Assembly (NCBI RefSeq): GCF_018977255.1 | Contig: NW_024704749.1 | Location: 16,740,001 to 16,804,000, forward strand | DNA from: Callorhinchus milii | Lineage: Eukaryota | DNA: 64,000 nt | Direction: 5' to 3' | In this document: positions 36,385 through 50,047 of the stretch, piece by piece | Layout of the letters: every line of letters starts with the position of its first letter | Position numbering within the stretch: position 1 is the first letter of the stretch | Notes under the pieces: model-generated | What the model saw: the letters and a program-made list of their open reading frames with translations, nothing else | Database searches by the model: none | What the model was told of the DNA's origin: nothing | Position numbers and translations under genes: made by a program

Positions 36385-38129
36385 CTGCAAAAGGAATAAC
36401 ACACAAGTAAATGTCTGCAGAAAAGGTGGGGGGGGAATGAGAGGAAGAGAAAAAATGTTTCTTTAGAAATCTTCAAAACACTTTTCCAAACTGGAAATTT
36501 TCAGTAACAGACTGCAAGGTTGGCAAAATGTCAGCCAAGGATCCAGTAGGTGTCAGTATTCACGTGGAACAAAGAAAGGTGGTTGGGAGTGGAAATGGCA
36601 CATGAAGAATGATTACTTGGGTGAGGGAGCGGAGGGTTGTCGACAGCACACGCTGGAATGTACTCCAGTAAGCCAGCATAGAAGGAAGAGAAAACATGCC
36701 AAGAACAATTAAAAAGAGGAATATTCTTGTATGCTTTGGTCTCATGGTATTTATCAAGGGTGGGTACCTTTTGTTCTTGTAGTTTTAATAGAAGGTGCAG
36801 TTAGCTTAAAGATCCACTTCAAACTACAGTATCCCTGTTCAAATTGATATTCTTTCAGAAAGATTAGAGTGAATCCCTGAGCTAAGCGGCTAACAGCAGA
36901 CTTTTCAATTCGTGCAACTAATGGGTCCCTTATTAAAGCTTTAATCTGACAACATCCGGACTGTGCCACTGTGAGTGCACTTCCTGTCAGTCGATCATGG
37001 CAACGCCCTCCAGGAGGTTCATGACCTGGGTATACCCCACTTTTACAATTAAAATGCCTTATGTACATGAATGAGAAAAAAACAGTACAATTCATTTTGG
37101 TGGTTAGTACTGTACCTGAAGATATCCAAGGGATGATAACAAACTCGCTTTTTTGGGGAGATTACGCATGAAAGCAAATGCTACAAAGAACTTTATGAAA
37201 ATATAATGGATTAGAAATAAAATGTGTATGCAAGAATGGCAGCTAACGTGTGCTCAAAACATCCCATAAAACAAGAATAGCCAATTGATTTAAATTTGGA
37301 TTAGGAGAATATAAAATTGAATAGCCACAAGAGAAAGAATCCCCTTTTTTTAAAAAAATATAGAAGCAGGAAAGTCCCTTTACATCCACCTGCATTACAA
37401 AGTTGACAAAATCTAAAATGAATCATCAAACAATGGATAATCTGGAAATAAATAATACAATTGTATACAACAGACTGTTGGGGTTGGATTAAACCTGTAT
37501 GTACTATTCCTGATTTGTGGGGACTGGGCACATTTCCTACAAGGTGGTAGATGAGTAGCTAGGTGACCTCAGGAAAATGCATTCCATTCCTAGTGACTAA
37601 AAGGCTAAATGTACATAGCACCCTAATCAAAAATACCATTTTGTTTTTAAAACAATTAAAAGGGTTCCTAATACTGTACAAAACAAATACAATATAATGT
37701 ATTATATGGAAGGTATATAGGCTTTTTCCGTCAGGCAAGCCACAGACAATTGTGAATCGAGCCTGGGAACACCCTAGCCTGGATGGCTCAACCACTCGCT
37801 GGTTAAATATGGAGGGTGAATTTGGAAAGTTTTAATATAGAAGCTTTAACGAAAAGAAATATAAAAACAAAAAAGAGTAAATTGTACTCCTTAAAAACGT
37901 GAACCAAGTACCTTGATCACATCATGCAATTAGCACAAACCACTGGAGAATGGCGATATACCTAAAATAAACTTACCGCACTTGCAGCAATCAACTTTAT
38001 CTTTTATTGTGGTGTTGTGCATTCAGTATTTTTATGTGAAACCCTTCATGCAACACCACTCAGCAGCTTTTTTTCTTTCTTTGCTGCTCAAGAATCCCAT
38101 CCAGTATTTTGGAAGATAACAGCACTTAC

Positions 38130-38252
38130 CCTCATTTTGTTATTGACCAAATCTAGGATTGCATCGTAAGGGATTTTGTCTAATGGAAGGCTCACGAGCC
38201 ATTCCTGCAGGGTTTCCAGCAACTTCACCACCGGCTGCCGACCAGGGAACAG
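38130..38252 (-). CDS. qsox2: QSOX2 exon 9 ([41 protein letters not shown])
   Basis: Translated by hand, 123 nt, phase 0 to 0, acceptor ccag, donor gtaagt. Confidence 0.95.
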
Positions 38253-39739
38253 CTGGCCAAGACAAAAAAAAGAAAATCACCCGCCATAAATGTGGAGATC
38301 CTTCTTGAATCAAACAATGTTTAAAATGTCTTCTAATGCAAAGCCAGTCTGATAGTTATTAGCAAAGCTCCTTATTTGGGGGATGGGAGAAAAATCCTAT
38401 TGTCAAGATATTGTTTCATCCAAGGACCACATCACTAAGGAAATACATAATTTATACTGAGTAATTTTGAAGTTAACCAAATGCTACTCTGCCAGCCACT
38501 GAAAGATACGTGCGCACTATTTCCTCCTATCTGTACCACCCACTGGTGTGACAGCTGAGGCTGGAACCAGTGTAATAACACCAGTTACACTTCTATAGTT
38601 TACTTCACACAAAATTGATGACTAACAAATATGAATCCAGGCCTTGAAATGCCAAAACTTCAGAGCTATATGACATTGCACTGTAGAGACAATTGAGAGC
38701 ACGCAGTACATGGAGAAAACAAAGAACAGTTTATCATCTTGAGATACTAAAATTCCTGTGTACTGTAATAAAACCAAAATTATAAAGCATCAGATAATAC
38801 TTAAAGACACTCACTATAGGCATCATCACAGAATATACTCAAGTCAGTTTTCACACACACCTTGACTCATCTAATCTCAGGATTGGTTTCTCATAAACCA
38901 TTCAGGTTTTACTGTTTATTGCATTACCTAAGACCTTTAATGAGATTACGGCATTATGAAGATTCTTAGATATCCATTATTGTTAATGGGTTCATTCAGA
39001 AACAGTTGGTATCACCTTTGATGGCATAGCAACTCTCCATAGGCAAAACAGGTGTACCATAAATACAAATGTTAAAATGTTAAGAATGCAAAATATAAAC
39101 CCAAGATGATCATTTGGATGAGAAGTTTAGAAGGAATATGATAGTTTGCAGATAGCTGTTCTGAAGGCTTGCTCAATTTACCATTGAGGGAGTAAGAGAC
39201 CCCTTGTAGAGCTCAAATTTGGCTGGATTCTATACGCTTTGAGAATGACATGGCTTGGTGGGACAAATGGCTGTAACTCATTATCTTAAATGCATATAAA
39301 GACTCTGCCCACCCCACTGTCCTGTTCCTGGAATCTCTTTCTCTTAAAGCGCAGCACAATATCTACCTTGAACTTCTACAATAACAGATGCTACATTTCA
39401 CTGCTCCATTAGATCGCCTTCTGTTGCTGAGGCACATCTGCCAGTTGTTTGTAGCTGGTTTTGTACTTCACGAGATTAACAAACTACATTACAATTCCCA
39501 AGAGGACCTTGCAAGCAAGTTTATTTGATTTGTGAAACAAATATATGTAATATCTCATTTATGCTTCAACCTAGTATCACAATCAGGATTTAGCATACGT
39601 TTGCAAGTGGATTAAATACATCTCCATGTATATTACTGAACAGTTCAGCAACCATATTTTCAAGAAAATATTATCTGAGTTCAATACAATTTAATTAAAA
39701 TTTAATCAACATTAACTAGAATGAGGAACAGTATGAACT

Positions 39740-40330
39740 TAAGTCACTAGCAAATTTGATATGGTTGGTATAAAGAAATAATGACAATTGCATGCATCTT
39801 GAATGTAGTGGAATGGAATTAAATAAAACGAAGTCAGAAGCGACTTATTGAAAAAAAGATTTACATTATACTTTCTCCAGACTATAGGAATTATTTACTC
39901 TGAAGACTAAAGGTAGTAACTTTGAGAAGAAGTCCCCAAAGATATATCAATAGCATTTTTCCATTTCCAATTTGAAAAGCTTCCATTGAAGAAAGACAAG
40001 TAGAGGCGAGCATGCAAGGATCACATAGATTCTAAAAGCTAATAAGATGCACTAAATCCTAAGACAAGAAGAGCTTCAAAATAAATAAAAGAAAGGCAAC
40101 TGGAAGTGCAGTACAACTTTTTTTCAGTAAAATAGACATTAGGCATATAGCACAAACTACTAGTACAGGTAATGGAACAAGGAACTGGAAATCATATAAA
40201 AAATGAACTAGACAAGGTTTGGTTATTAGATAAGATTCTAGGATATTTTATGGTAAGTTGGTTGAAGGAAACTTTTGGGAAGTTGGATGGGCAGGCGAGA
40301 TGAACTAATGGTTTATTGTTGTCCGAAAGT
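39740..40330 (+). mobile_element. Highly decayed CR1-like LINE 3' portion
   Basis: Residual similarity to the CR1 RT C-terminus and 3' UTR. No ORF remains. Confidence 0.35.
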
Positions 40331-43300
40331 GTTACTGGTAAACATTCAGAAAATAAAATAGAAATTTAAAGGTGGTGGCTAAATAAGGATTACCCCAGTT
40401 CTACTTGTTTGTTAGCTCTGGGTTGATTCAGCACAACAGAAAAGCAGAAGAGTTTTGATTTGAATGACATGGACTCAATTATAGGTCCATTTTCCAAACC
40501 AGCTCCAGAAGATGGTTTCAGAATAAAATCAATGTACATATTAGGACAATTGCAGCTAATGCAAAAAAGTGATACACTATGTATATAAAAAAAACAATTA
40601 GAAGGTCTCTAACTGTCCTCAAAGGATTTATTACTGGAGAACCAGTTACACTGCAGCCTCTAATAGGAAAAGAAACAAACCAATGTTTGGCGCTGGACTT
40701 TCCTTGACTTGAGGCCAGGGAGAAAGAATTCAAACTGTAATTTCAGGGACCAGCTCCAAAATCACTATCACTAAAAGTGAATTTGCATTGTCTTGTGCAT
40801 TGGGGTGTAAGAAAACAATGATTCTATTTTAATTTAATATCCAAATGTAGAGCAACATGATTTAAATATTTTCATTTCAGCATGGTAGTGTTCCTTAAAA
40901 TCCCATCTGACAATTTAAACCTGACAATCTTGAAGAGTCTGGCGTTTTGAAAAAATTAGTCTGAAAAGCCTGATAATCCCTGCTGTCAGTTTGAGGGTCA
41001 AATCTGTAGATGGCCTGTTTTCCTTTAAGAAAGTGCAGCGTTAATCTGGCTATTACATTATCTCTCTGAATACTCTCAGCCAACCAAACGCGGTTTAGGT
41101 GGAAAGATATTTGGGACTAAAGATTGTGCCACTATATAAAATGCATGATTCGTCAACTTTAGAGGATCATGTGTACATCCAAAAAAATCCACAAAGAACT
41201 CAGTTGGTATTATTTATTCCCCCCTCCCAAATTAATTATTAAGTTCCGCAAACATTGGAAAACTAACAAAAATGCATACGCCCACCCCCCTCCCCCAATA
41301 CATTAACAAACAACAGCAACATATAATCCCTTTAAGTGCTACTTTCTTTAGAGAACAGCTAGAATTTTTTTTTCTTGTGGTTTTTTTCCCCCAGAGCTGA
41401 GTGCTGTGGGCACTTAGGATAATTCCCAGGAGACCTCCAAAGCTATTGAAAATATGCCATCTAGAGAGTAAGACTCCTTTTTGAACATTCTGTGTGTGTT
41501 GGATGGCATGAGTCAAGAGAGCATTTTTAAAATTGTAGGACTGCAAGCACATCCTGACTGTGCCAGTATCAGATTCAATAATAATAATAATCCTTGCATT
41601 TGATATAGCACCTCATCACATCTTCGAGACGTCTCAAAGCGCTTCATAGAATATACTGTAAATTATTCAAGGCTGGCTGTTCCTTCACATTCTTAGGAAC
41701 TTAGCTACTGAATTGAGGCCCTGGATTTAAAATCCTATGCATAATTTCTTGAAAGCTTCACTCCTAAAGAAAGCCTACCTTAACTTTTGAGTTTTTAGTG
41801 TGCCATTAACCTCTACATACTAAATAAAGGAGAATTTCAACACCAATTAAAGAGAAAACAAGATCGAATGGCTTCAAAATTGTTGAAACAGTAACTGGGC
41901 TCTGTAGGACAATTTCAAAAATCTAGACAATTTCCCTAGTTTGACTTTTCAATATTCCCCAGTTATTCAAAAGAAATTGTTTTCATTTAGTGTTCAGCTT
42001 GTTTTCTCCTTTAACTTCCTCTGCAGGAAGCTCCACTCACTTTTATACAGAGTACGTATGAATAGCTAAGACCAGCTATTCCCCCCAAAAGTATCAATAT
42101 TTCAAGCAGTAATTTAAAGAGTAAATTTTAAAAAAAGCCTTTAAAACAGAGGTCAGCCATTTGCATGCGACGAAGAATGATATGCTGCGATCTGCTAGGC
42201 GGGAAGGGTGCATAAAGTAAGATAACCAGGTCAGTTCATTGCTCGGTTCGTTGCTTTCTTCCAATCCCCATAGAATGTCTCGGAATCAGAAGTCACCCTC
42301 CCGTGGCCTGTGGAGAATTACACCACTTGTCCCAAATGAATACTGTACAGATTCTCAACAGCGAGTGTTCAAGCTAGCCACCATCTGCTTTGTAAGGCTA
42401 CTAGGTCACCCCAGAAAATCTGCATTTTTAAATCTGTCTGTGGTTTCAGGATAAGAAATAATTAGTACTCCCCCCACCCACCCTCAGAAGACTGTAAATG
42501 ACCCAGATCTGACTGGATTGAGATGATAAACAAAAATCACTGTTATTGTGCATTTTAATCCTCCTTGTACACATTCACAAACTTCATTGGTAAATACATA
42601 ATATAATTTTAACAGTCGAACGTCTAAGCAGACTAACATGCTTCTGATGTTTAACTGTTTAAACCAATTGGTTTAATAGATATAAAAAAAAGCTTTGCTT
42701 GTACAGCCTTTATTACTCTTTGCTTAGACATTTAGGTTTAACAGCATTTACATGGGTGCAAATCAATTGCTGTTGGAAAGGATTTCAGTTCTATAAGTGA
42801 GTAATTTTGGAAATCTCTCTAAAGAGTAATAGCACAGGACAATAACAAGGACGCAACATCGGCACAGAATGTTGACATGGATATGGAATCTCCACACTAT
42901 GACTTTCCAATCTCCCCATCTCGCCTCAGGGAACCGGCACGGACCTCACTATGTAACAATTTTTGTTAATTCTTTAGATGCAAATAATGTTAAAACTGGA
43001 AAAAATATCCATTTAAAATAATTTCAGCTCCAAATAGATTTTCATATTCTGCTCAAACAGTAGAATACAGAACTCATTTTATTCCCCGCTAAAATACGCC
43101 AATATTAATCAAGATTAATACAAGTTCAACTTGACAATTCTGGTTGAACTTTCAGTTTATTTCTAAAATTTAACCTCTCTCTATATACATATATATTATA
43201 CATATATATATATATATATATATAATTAGCTGGCTTAGAGAAACCCTTTTCAGGTGAATTTGGATCTTCTTCAATTCTTTATCTTCAGCAGTGGAATGGA

Positions 43301-43797
43301 ACAGGTGGATGGATAATCTTATAATATAAAACTATATTTCTTGTAAATTCTCCCAATGAAATAAGCGATAAAAAAGTTGTAAAAGCGGTGAAGTTCTTGT
43401 GTCTGAGGAAAATTAGGTGGCCCGTTGGGAGGTAAATCATGCTTTTTTCCAGCATATAAATCTGAGTAGATATTTTGCAGAAAGTTCTCTAAGGCATTTA
43501 GAGTCAATCCCTGATCTTAATCTCCTAAAACAGAGAATGTTGAGTGACGTTTCTTCAATCACCACAACGCTCTTGATTTCTACTCTGTTATTAAATAGTT
43601 AGTATATGCTGGAGGAAAAACCTTACTTCGTAGACACTTTATGTACTGATTATTCAGTTGGTGCACTTGTGCAGATAAGAGTTTCCACATACTGGAGACC
43701 TGAGGTTTATGGTCTAAGCTCCACACCTTTCCTCAGTTTAAGCAAAGACATGAATTCAATGTCAGTGCTAAAAATCATCCGACTATTGTGGACTTAC

Positions 43798-43927
43798 CTT
43801 CGAAAGGATTGCAACAAAATCCTTCAAGGTCTTCAATTCTGATCCCTCCAATATTTTGTGACTAGCAAGCTCTACGCGTAGGAGATAATGCAAACCAGAC
43901 TCCAGGTCAGCCATATACATCTTCCTC
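43798..43927 (-). CDS. qsox2: QSOX2 exon 8 ([21 protein letters not shown]...ILSK)
   Basis: YMADLES motif of the helix-rich region, 130 nt. Confidence 0.95.
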
Positions 43928-44935
43928 CTGAAAAAAAAAGTTTCGGGTTTATTTTCTATGTCAACCAAACTTGTAAAAACACCTTCAGATGATTTGGGTT
44001 AAAAAGGTTGCACAAAAATACTTTAAAAACAATTTAGATAATGGGCAAAGAGAAGAAATTGTGCACCAATATAGATTTGATAAATATGCTACAATAAATT
44101 TTACTTTCGAGCTGCCTTGTTTTTTTTAAAAAAAAATCTGTACATCGATAAATAAAGAAGCCAAATCAAGGCATCTGACGGAACCTGGTTTGTATTCCAA
44201 ATAAAGAGCAACATTAGCTCTCAGCAATCTTCACCTACCGAGTTTAAAGCTCTCATAAATTTCCATTACTGGCAAAATAGTAATGCTGCTATTTTTTCCT
44301 CCAGTTACTTCTATTTTGTCCATACAAAAACCACATTGGGCTTGTGTAATATATGAAGCTGCACTACCCTGCCCACCCATCAGGTGGCGGAACTGTATTC
44401 TCACAGCACAGCTGTTTTCCAGCCTCCCAGATCATTCTACCTGGTTTATATTTCCCTCCTGTTTTATCCTCAAATTCAAATTAAATTGATTGCTCAACTT
44501 ATGGGACCGTGGCTGACACAGATTAGTTGCTGTGTTAGCCCACATAGCCTATTATTTTTTTTTTTGATTATGTGAACACAATACAAGTTATCATTCAATT
44601 TCATTCCCCTAAAAAAAATATGAATTTGTTGCCATTGGTTAGCAAGTCAGGTTGTGGACATTCCCACAGAATAACAATAATATAACGCCATGCACGTTGG
44701 GAGGACATCTCAAAGTGTTTCATACAACAGACTGGGAGCTTTTCACACGGTCCAATGCCTCAAAATCAACTGAGTTGGTAAATCTGATTCCCAATTAAGA
44801 GAAAAACAGATATTATAAGGCAACCTTCCAACCTGACACATTGCAAACAGACGATATTTCATTTTGTCTCAGGCAGTACTAGATCAAGGCCACTAATTAT
44901 TAACTGCTCTAAATAAACTAACTGAGCATACTTAC

Positions 44936-45079
44936 TTGTCAAACTCCTTCCACACATTCAGAGACGTATGGGTATCTTCATTTTGGCTAACGGGTAGAGT
45001 CCTTAAAGAGGAGAGTCTTTTTGTAACCCCAGACAGTGACTTTATGTAGGAAGAAAAGAATGACCGCAGGGGCTTCTGC
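44936..45079 (-). CDS. qsox2: QSOX2 exon 7 (QKPLRSFFSSYIKSLSGV...VWKEFD)
   Basis: Translated by hand, 144 nt, phase 2 to 2, acceptor aacag, donor gtaagt. Confidence 0.92.
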
Positions 45080-45242
45080 CTGTTTCAGAAAACAAACATT
45101 TAATCATTAAATGACGGGCCAAATCAAAACAAATATTTTATGGTAGTTAGTAATTTAATTCTTTACATGACTTTCCAGTCATGATTTACCAATTCTTTAT
45201 TTATTTATTAAATAAATAAATTGATCACTTCAAGCCACGACT

Positions 45243-45790
45243 GGTTGTGGGACACTGCTGTACGCAATTGGCTGCCGCGTTTCGCCCACAAAATATACAG
45301 TCAATCCGCTTTATAGTATATTCTGTGAAGCGCTTTGAGACGTCTAGAAGACATTAAATGTGCTGTATAAAATGCAAGGATTATTATTGTTATTATGCCA
45401 AATTCGTAGGTATCAGTTTGTAGCACTTTCATCTCTGGTGCCAACTTTCGCACATCGGGATTTGAGCTCGCAGTCTAGGCTTCATTTCAATGCACTACTG
45501 GAGAGAGCTACATTGTTGGGAGGCGACATCCTTCAGATCAGATATTTAAACACTGGGTATCTTTTGCTTGTATAAGTGGAAGTTAAAGATCTTACAAAAA
45601 GAGAAGGGCGTTTCTTTATGTCCAAACCAATAATCCTCCAGATTAAATTATGTCATTTGCCTCATGGCTGCTTTGGGGCTTTTTCTACGTGACAAATGGC
45701 TGCAGTTTTTGCGTACAAAATAAAATCACAGTAATTTCTGCAACTTGCTTCAACACGTTTTGATGTTAAAGATACTATAAAAAGCCAAGA
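45243..45790 (+). mobile_element. SINE 3' half (45243-45396) followed by an older Deu-domain SINE (about 45500-45790)
   Basis: gtgggacactgctgtacgcaattggctgccgcg core, then catccttcagat...gtggaagttaaagatc, which matches 54990-55195. Confidence 0.7.
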
Positions 45791-46189
45791 TCTTTTATCT
45801 GTATCTAAATAGACAGATAATAATCCTTGCATTTGATATAGCGCCTTATCATGTCTTCGAGACGTCTCAAACTAATCATTAATAATTTTGACAGAACGAT
45901 GTACTATATATGTTTTTACTTAGTTCAAATTTGCAGCCAAAAATACACGCAAAAAATGCACAAGGACTGATAAAACCAATTATATTTGAAATCTTTCTTG
46001 CCAGCTCAATATTTCTGGGAAGGGAGTTAAAAAACACCAAGGTTACTGTGGATAAAATCAGTGGTAGGTTTTGAGATAGCTTCTAAAGAGTAAAAACTTC
46101 CAAAAACCTGCTCCTGTGCAGTTTCCTATTGTGTTATGATTGACAACAGATTTCTTTTGTTTTTCTATCACATTAGCAACATCACTTAC

Positions 46190-46335
46190 ATATAGACTAA
46201 TCCATGGGAACCATTGGGATGGAACACGTAACAAGAAGGCACAGAATTGATGCCAAGCTTCTCCATTAATTTTTGGTCGACATCTAGCCCCCGTTTCACG
46301 ACAATATTTTCATACTGCATCAAATCAAGGATTAC
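46190..46335 (-). CDS. qsox2: QSOX2 exon 6 ([17 protein letters not shown]...[17 protein letters not shown])
   Basis: Translated by hand, Trx2 PSCY motif, 146 nt. Confidence 0.94.
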
Positions 46336-46685
46336 CTGCACGAAAGGAAACATGAAGATTTGAAATCTATAAAATCAGAGCTGGATATTAAACAGCAAAT
46401 TTCAGATATTTAGTCGTAGCTGCTTTTCAACTCTTTCACGTTTTAAAGTCAAACAAGAGATCAGAGAGAGAAGAATGCAAGATGCGCAATAGATGCTGAC
46501 AAAGCTAAGCATAAATATGCTAAAAATGTAAATTCTTTTAAAGCAACAAAACCGTAAAAAAAAATTATTCCTGTCACATTGATATGTAGAACAAAATTAC
46601 TAATTAAGCAGTGCACCACTTTGTTCTTGGAGAAAGGTCGGGGGGTGGGGGGGTTGGAGGGAACAAAGGAGGAGAGAAAACTCAC

Positions 46686-46776
46686 CTCTCGACCTACGTA
46701 AGACGATTCTTTTTCAAACACAACAGCTGTATAATGCTTCTGAGGTTTGTCCAATAAGGACAGAATAGAACTAGAA
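46686..46776 (-). CDS. qsox2: QSOX2 exon 5 (SSSILSLLDKPQKHYTAVVFEKESSYVGRE)
   Basis: FE...SYVGRE motif, 91 nt, acceptor ttttag, donor gtgagt. Confidence 0.93.
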
Positions 46777-47025
46777 CTAAAAGAAAAATATTTTAATGAC
46801 CTTACATTAAAAGAAGCATATATTGTCAGTCATGTAACAATCTGCACTTCAATGTTAAAAAAGGGTTATATCTTTTTACATGACAAAATTGATAACCAGA
46901 ACACAATGCACATACATTGTTCAACAGATTTCTCAATAATCCTGCAGTAAGTGTTTAAAAAAGTTAATCCCCATGTAAAAATTAGGACAGAAACAGTGTA
47001 TCATTTGTGCTGATGAATGCAGTTA

Positions 47026-47453
47026 CTGTCAAACCAGTTTGTAGATACTACTTAGGGGACTGAATCAAAGTGGTCTTATGCAAATTTTCACAGGCCCACA
47101 TATAGACACCCACTAGACTCCACCACCTCATTGGTGAGGAGGAATCTGTGGCCTAAGCCCAGTGTTGGTAAATGTGCTAGAAGTCTAGCTGGAGTCCACA
47201 CGGAGGCCTGGCAATGTGGAAATTGGTAATGCACTAGCGGTAAGTGCATTTAAAATCACTTTGAATTAAAGATGTGTGTGCACTTACTGGGTTAAAAAAG
47301 AAAAAAAAAACAAGAGGGACCACTGGTTGCATTAGACCTGTGGTTGCTGAATAGAGGTAGTTCATTAGGGAAAATAGGTCAGGGCTATTCCATGGTGGTG
47401 GTTGATAGCAGGTGGTTGCTGAATAGAGGTGGTTGTTTTAACAGGTTTGACTA
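47026..47453. mobile_element. Non-autonomous Tc1/mariner (pogo/Tigger-like) MITE
   Basis: Imperfect terminal inverted repeats CTGTCAAACCAGT and ACAGGTTTGACTA, TA on both sides (47024-25 and 47454-55), and a subterminal direct repeat gtggttgctgaatagaggt. Confidence 0.7.
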
Positions 47454-47630
47454 TATTCACAGTAACCTCTGGGAGCACAGTATTCATTTATTGCCTTCAA
47501 GGGTGACATATCTTTTTCTATTTTGTCAAGGATTATGTCCCTTTTGGAAATCTAGATTAGATTATGTCCACTTTTGGATCTTGACAGCAGGTAACTGGCA
47601 TCACTCAAGAATGGAAGTATGTAGAAATAC

Positions 47631-47736
47631 CTGGCTGCTTCCAGCTCGGGCCAAGCAGGTGGCTTATTCTCACTGGTGTGATTTTGTAGAAAATCGATCA
47701 TTATTTGCCGTACGGTCTGCAATTCTCGATCTGGCC
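47631..47736 (-). CDS. qsox2: QSOX2 exon 4 (GPDRELQTVRQIMIDFLQNHTSENKPPAWPELEAA)
   Basis: GPDREL...MIDFLQNH is QSOX2-like, 106 nt. Confidence 0.94.
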
Positions 47737-48706
47737 CTATAAAGCAACAACATAGCACAGAAATGGAAAGTGTTACTATGCCACACCCAGGACTCAACTC
47801 GGTCAACAAATCTTTTATATTCACACATGGAACTAAACTGGAAGCCATATTTAAATTTCGTAAACCTTTTGAACTCACCAACATTATACTACTATCGTTG
47901 GGCTAGACAGCCCACTTTCAAGAATCAATGCCAATTAAAATGTACCCAGTAAAATATAAACCTACTCATCTCCCATACAGATAGATTGTGTGATTTCTCC
48001 TCATGTTGAGGACCTGAATCCTTTTAGGCATACAAGTGCCAATTTGCATCAGTTCATTCAGTACTCAATAAAGCATAACCTCCCCAAGAAACTCCATTCA
48101 TTCATCTCAAATATTATTTCCCTATCCTCCCCCAGTGACACAAAACAGTACCTATAGATGCTTATGCTTTGGAGAAAAAAATTACGAGATTGTTTTATTT
48201 GAGGGGATGAAAGGAGAAAAGGAATTACCACATCTTCCAAAAAAAAATCTTTCACCCAGAACAGTGGGGCGTCCATCATTTTCCATTACAGTTTCTGCTA
48301 CAACAGGAAATAGGGGTCCCTATTTAAGTCAGTTGCACTTTGTCATTGAAAGTTTCAGAATCAACAACTGTAAATGATGGGAAAAATACATTCTCTACCC
48401 ACCACTTGTCTCCAACAATTCCCATAGCTCCAGAAGAAAAAAAAATTGGTCATTCAATTCATGACTACTTGTGGGACATTGTGGTTTGCAAAATGGCCTT
48501 TTTCCAATCACTTCAAATCCTGTCATCCGCTTTGAGAGTCTCCGATGTAAAAGGTGTGGTATCAAATGCAAGAATTATCATCATTCTTATTATTCAACAA
48601 AAAGGATTATTATATTCTTTAACATTTGACCTGGTTTAAAGGAAGCCACATGGAACACAGATTTTAAATTCCTGTGAACAATGTAAAACCATGTTTCAAA
48701 CAGTAC

Positions 48707-48755
48707 CTTTATAATTCTCCCCCACTGTGAATTGGGTTGCAAGTGCTTTGAAGTA
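48707..48755 (-). CDS. qsox2: QSOX2 exon 3 (YFKALATQFTVGENYK)
   Basis: Translated by hand, 49 nt, phase 0 to 1, acceptor ttgcag, donor gtactg. Confidence 0.92.
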
Positions 48756-49049
48756 CTGCAAGGGAAAAAATAAAATAACAGCTTTATAATAATTCGATCC
48801 AGAATGGTGGAAACAAATTTCTCCCACAGACAAGTTTGCTTTGACATATTTAACAGAAACCCAATTATTGTGGTATCAAATTTAAGCAGCAAATCCTAAG
48901 AGAAATAGCCCTTAAAGTTCGCCCATTAACCCAACAACGGAAATGTCTCAATTCTTCAATTACAACAGAAACTACAGAAAATAGAATTTTACTACACGAC
49001 GAATGATAATCACATGGTCCAGAGATTTACGTGCAACAGTTCTCAATTA

Positions 49050-49500
49050 TTACTACTACAACTAGCATTTATACCGTGCCCTTCATGCGTCTTGGGAGTG
49101 TGTAATAGCAGTGGAAAGCATTGTGGTTTCACACTGGGCTGGAAAAAGAGGGGAGGTGACCGAAGCCACAGCTGAAGAAGAAAGTCTTCAAGTGAGATGT
49201 GAGAGGGGACAAGACAGAAGGATTGAGGCTGAGTTCCAGAGATTCAGGATATAGTGGCTGAAAGTACCGCTGCCACTTGTGAAGTGGAGCGGTTGAGGGA
49301 CGTGCAAAGGACCCGAGCCAGCTGAGAGAAGGCGGCGGGTTGTGGAGTAGTGTGTGAGCAGATCAAAGAGGTGCCTGGACATGAAGTGATTTGAAAGTGA
49401 GAATCTTGTAATAGATCTACAACAGGGAGCCAGTTGAGACTCATCATTTGGACCTTGTTTAGTGAAGCACATTGGAGGTGTGTAAGAAAAACTGAGGCAG
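49050..49500 (-). mobile_element. L2 LINE 3' fragment
   Basis: The minus-strand translation contains LNWLPV and LWNS remnants of the L2 ORF2 C-terminus, followed by an L2-type tail. Confidence 0.65.
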
Positions 49501-49946
49501 GAGGTGACAAAGGTGCTATATCAAATTCAAGGATCATCATTACAACATTGGTTTAGTTGTTTGTAGTAAAAATGCTCACAGCCAGTACTGGCTTCAGCAA
49601 GCATATACTTTAAGCCACGTTTAGAGTGAAATACTATCATGCTTTTAGAGCCACATTATTCTTTTTGAAAGAATTGATCAAAATGAAGAGAAAAGCCTTT
49701 ATGCAATTCATGAGGCAACTGCTCATCTCCACACAAACGTAAGTGAGGAGAAAGGGAAATCAAATTTCATCAAAACAGATGGTACACTGTGGAATCCAAC
49801 ACCAGCATGTAACAAACACCTGTAACAAACGGCCTCACTTCTTTATATCTAAAATGCCTGCAGGTTCATACGTAGCTTCAAAGAGAAAGTATTACAGCTG
49901 AGGTGCAGAGCTTATAGCTCTAATAAGTTTTCAGTTAGTACCTTAC

Positions 49947-50047
49947 CCGGAAGGTTGGATAGAAATGAATCCCAAATTCTTTACAGGTAGCAAAGTTGTT
50001 TTCATCAGCACAATCAAGCACACCTATTCGCATGGCCAACTCCCAGT
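49947..50047 (-). CDS. qsox2: QSOX2 exon 2 ([34 protein letters not shown])
   Basis: Translated by hand, thioredoxin LDCA...C..F.I..YPT motif, 101 nt. Confidence 0.95.
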
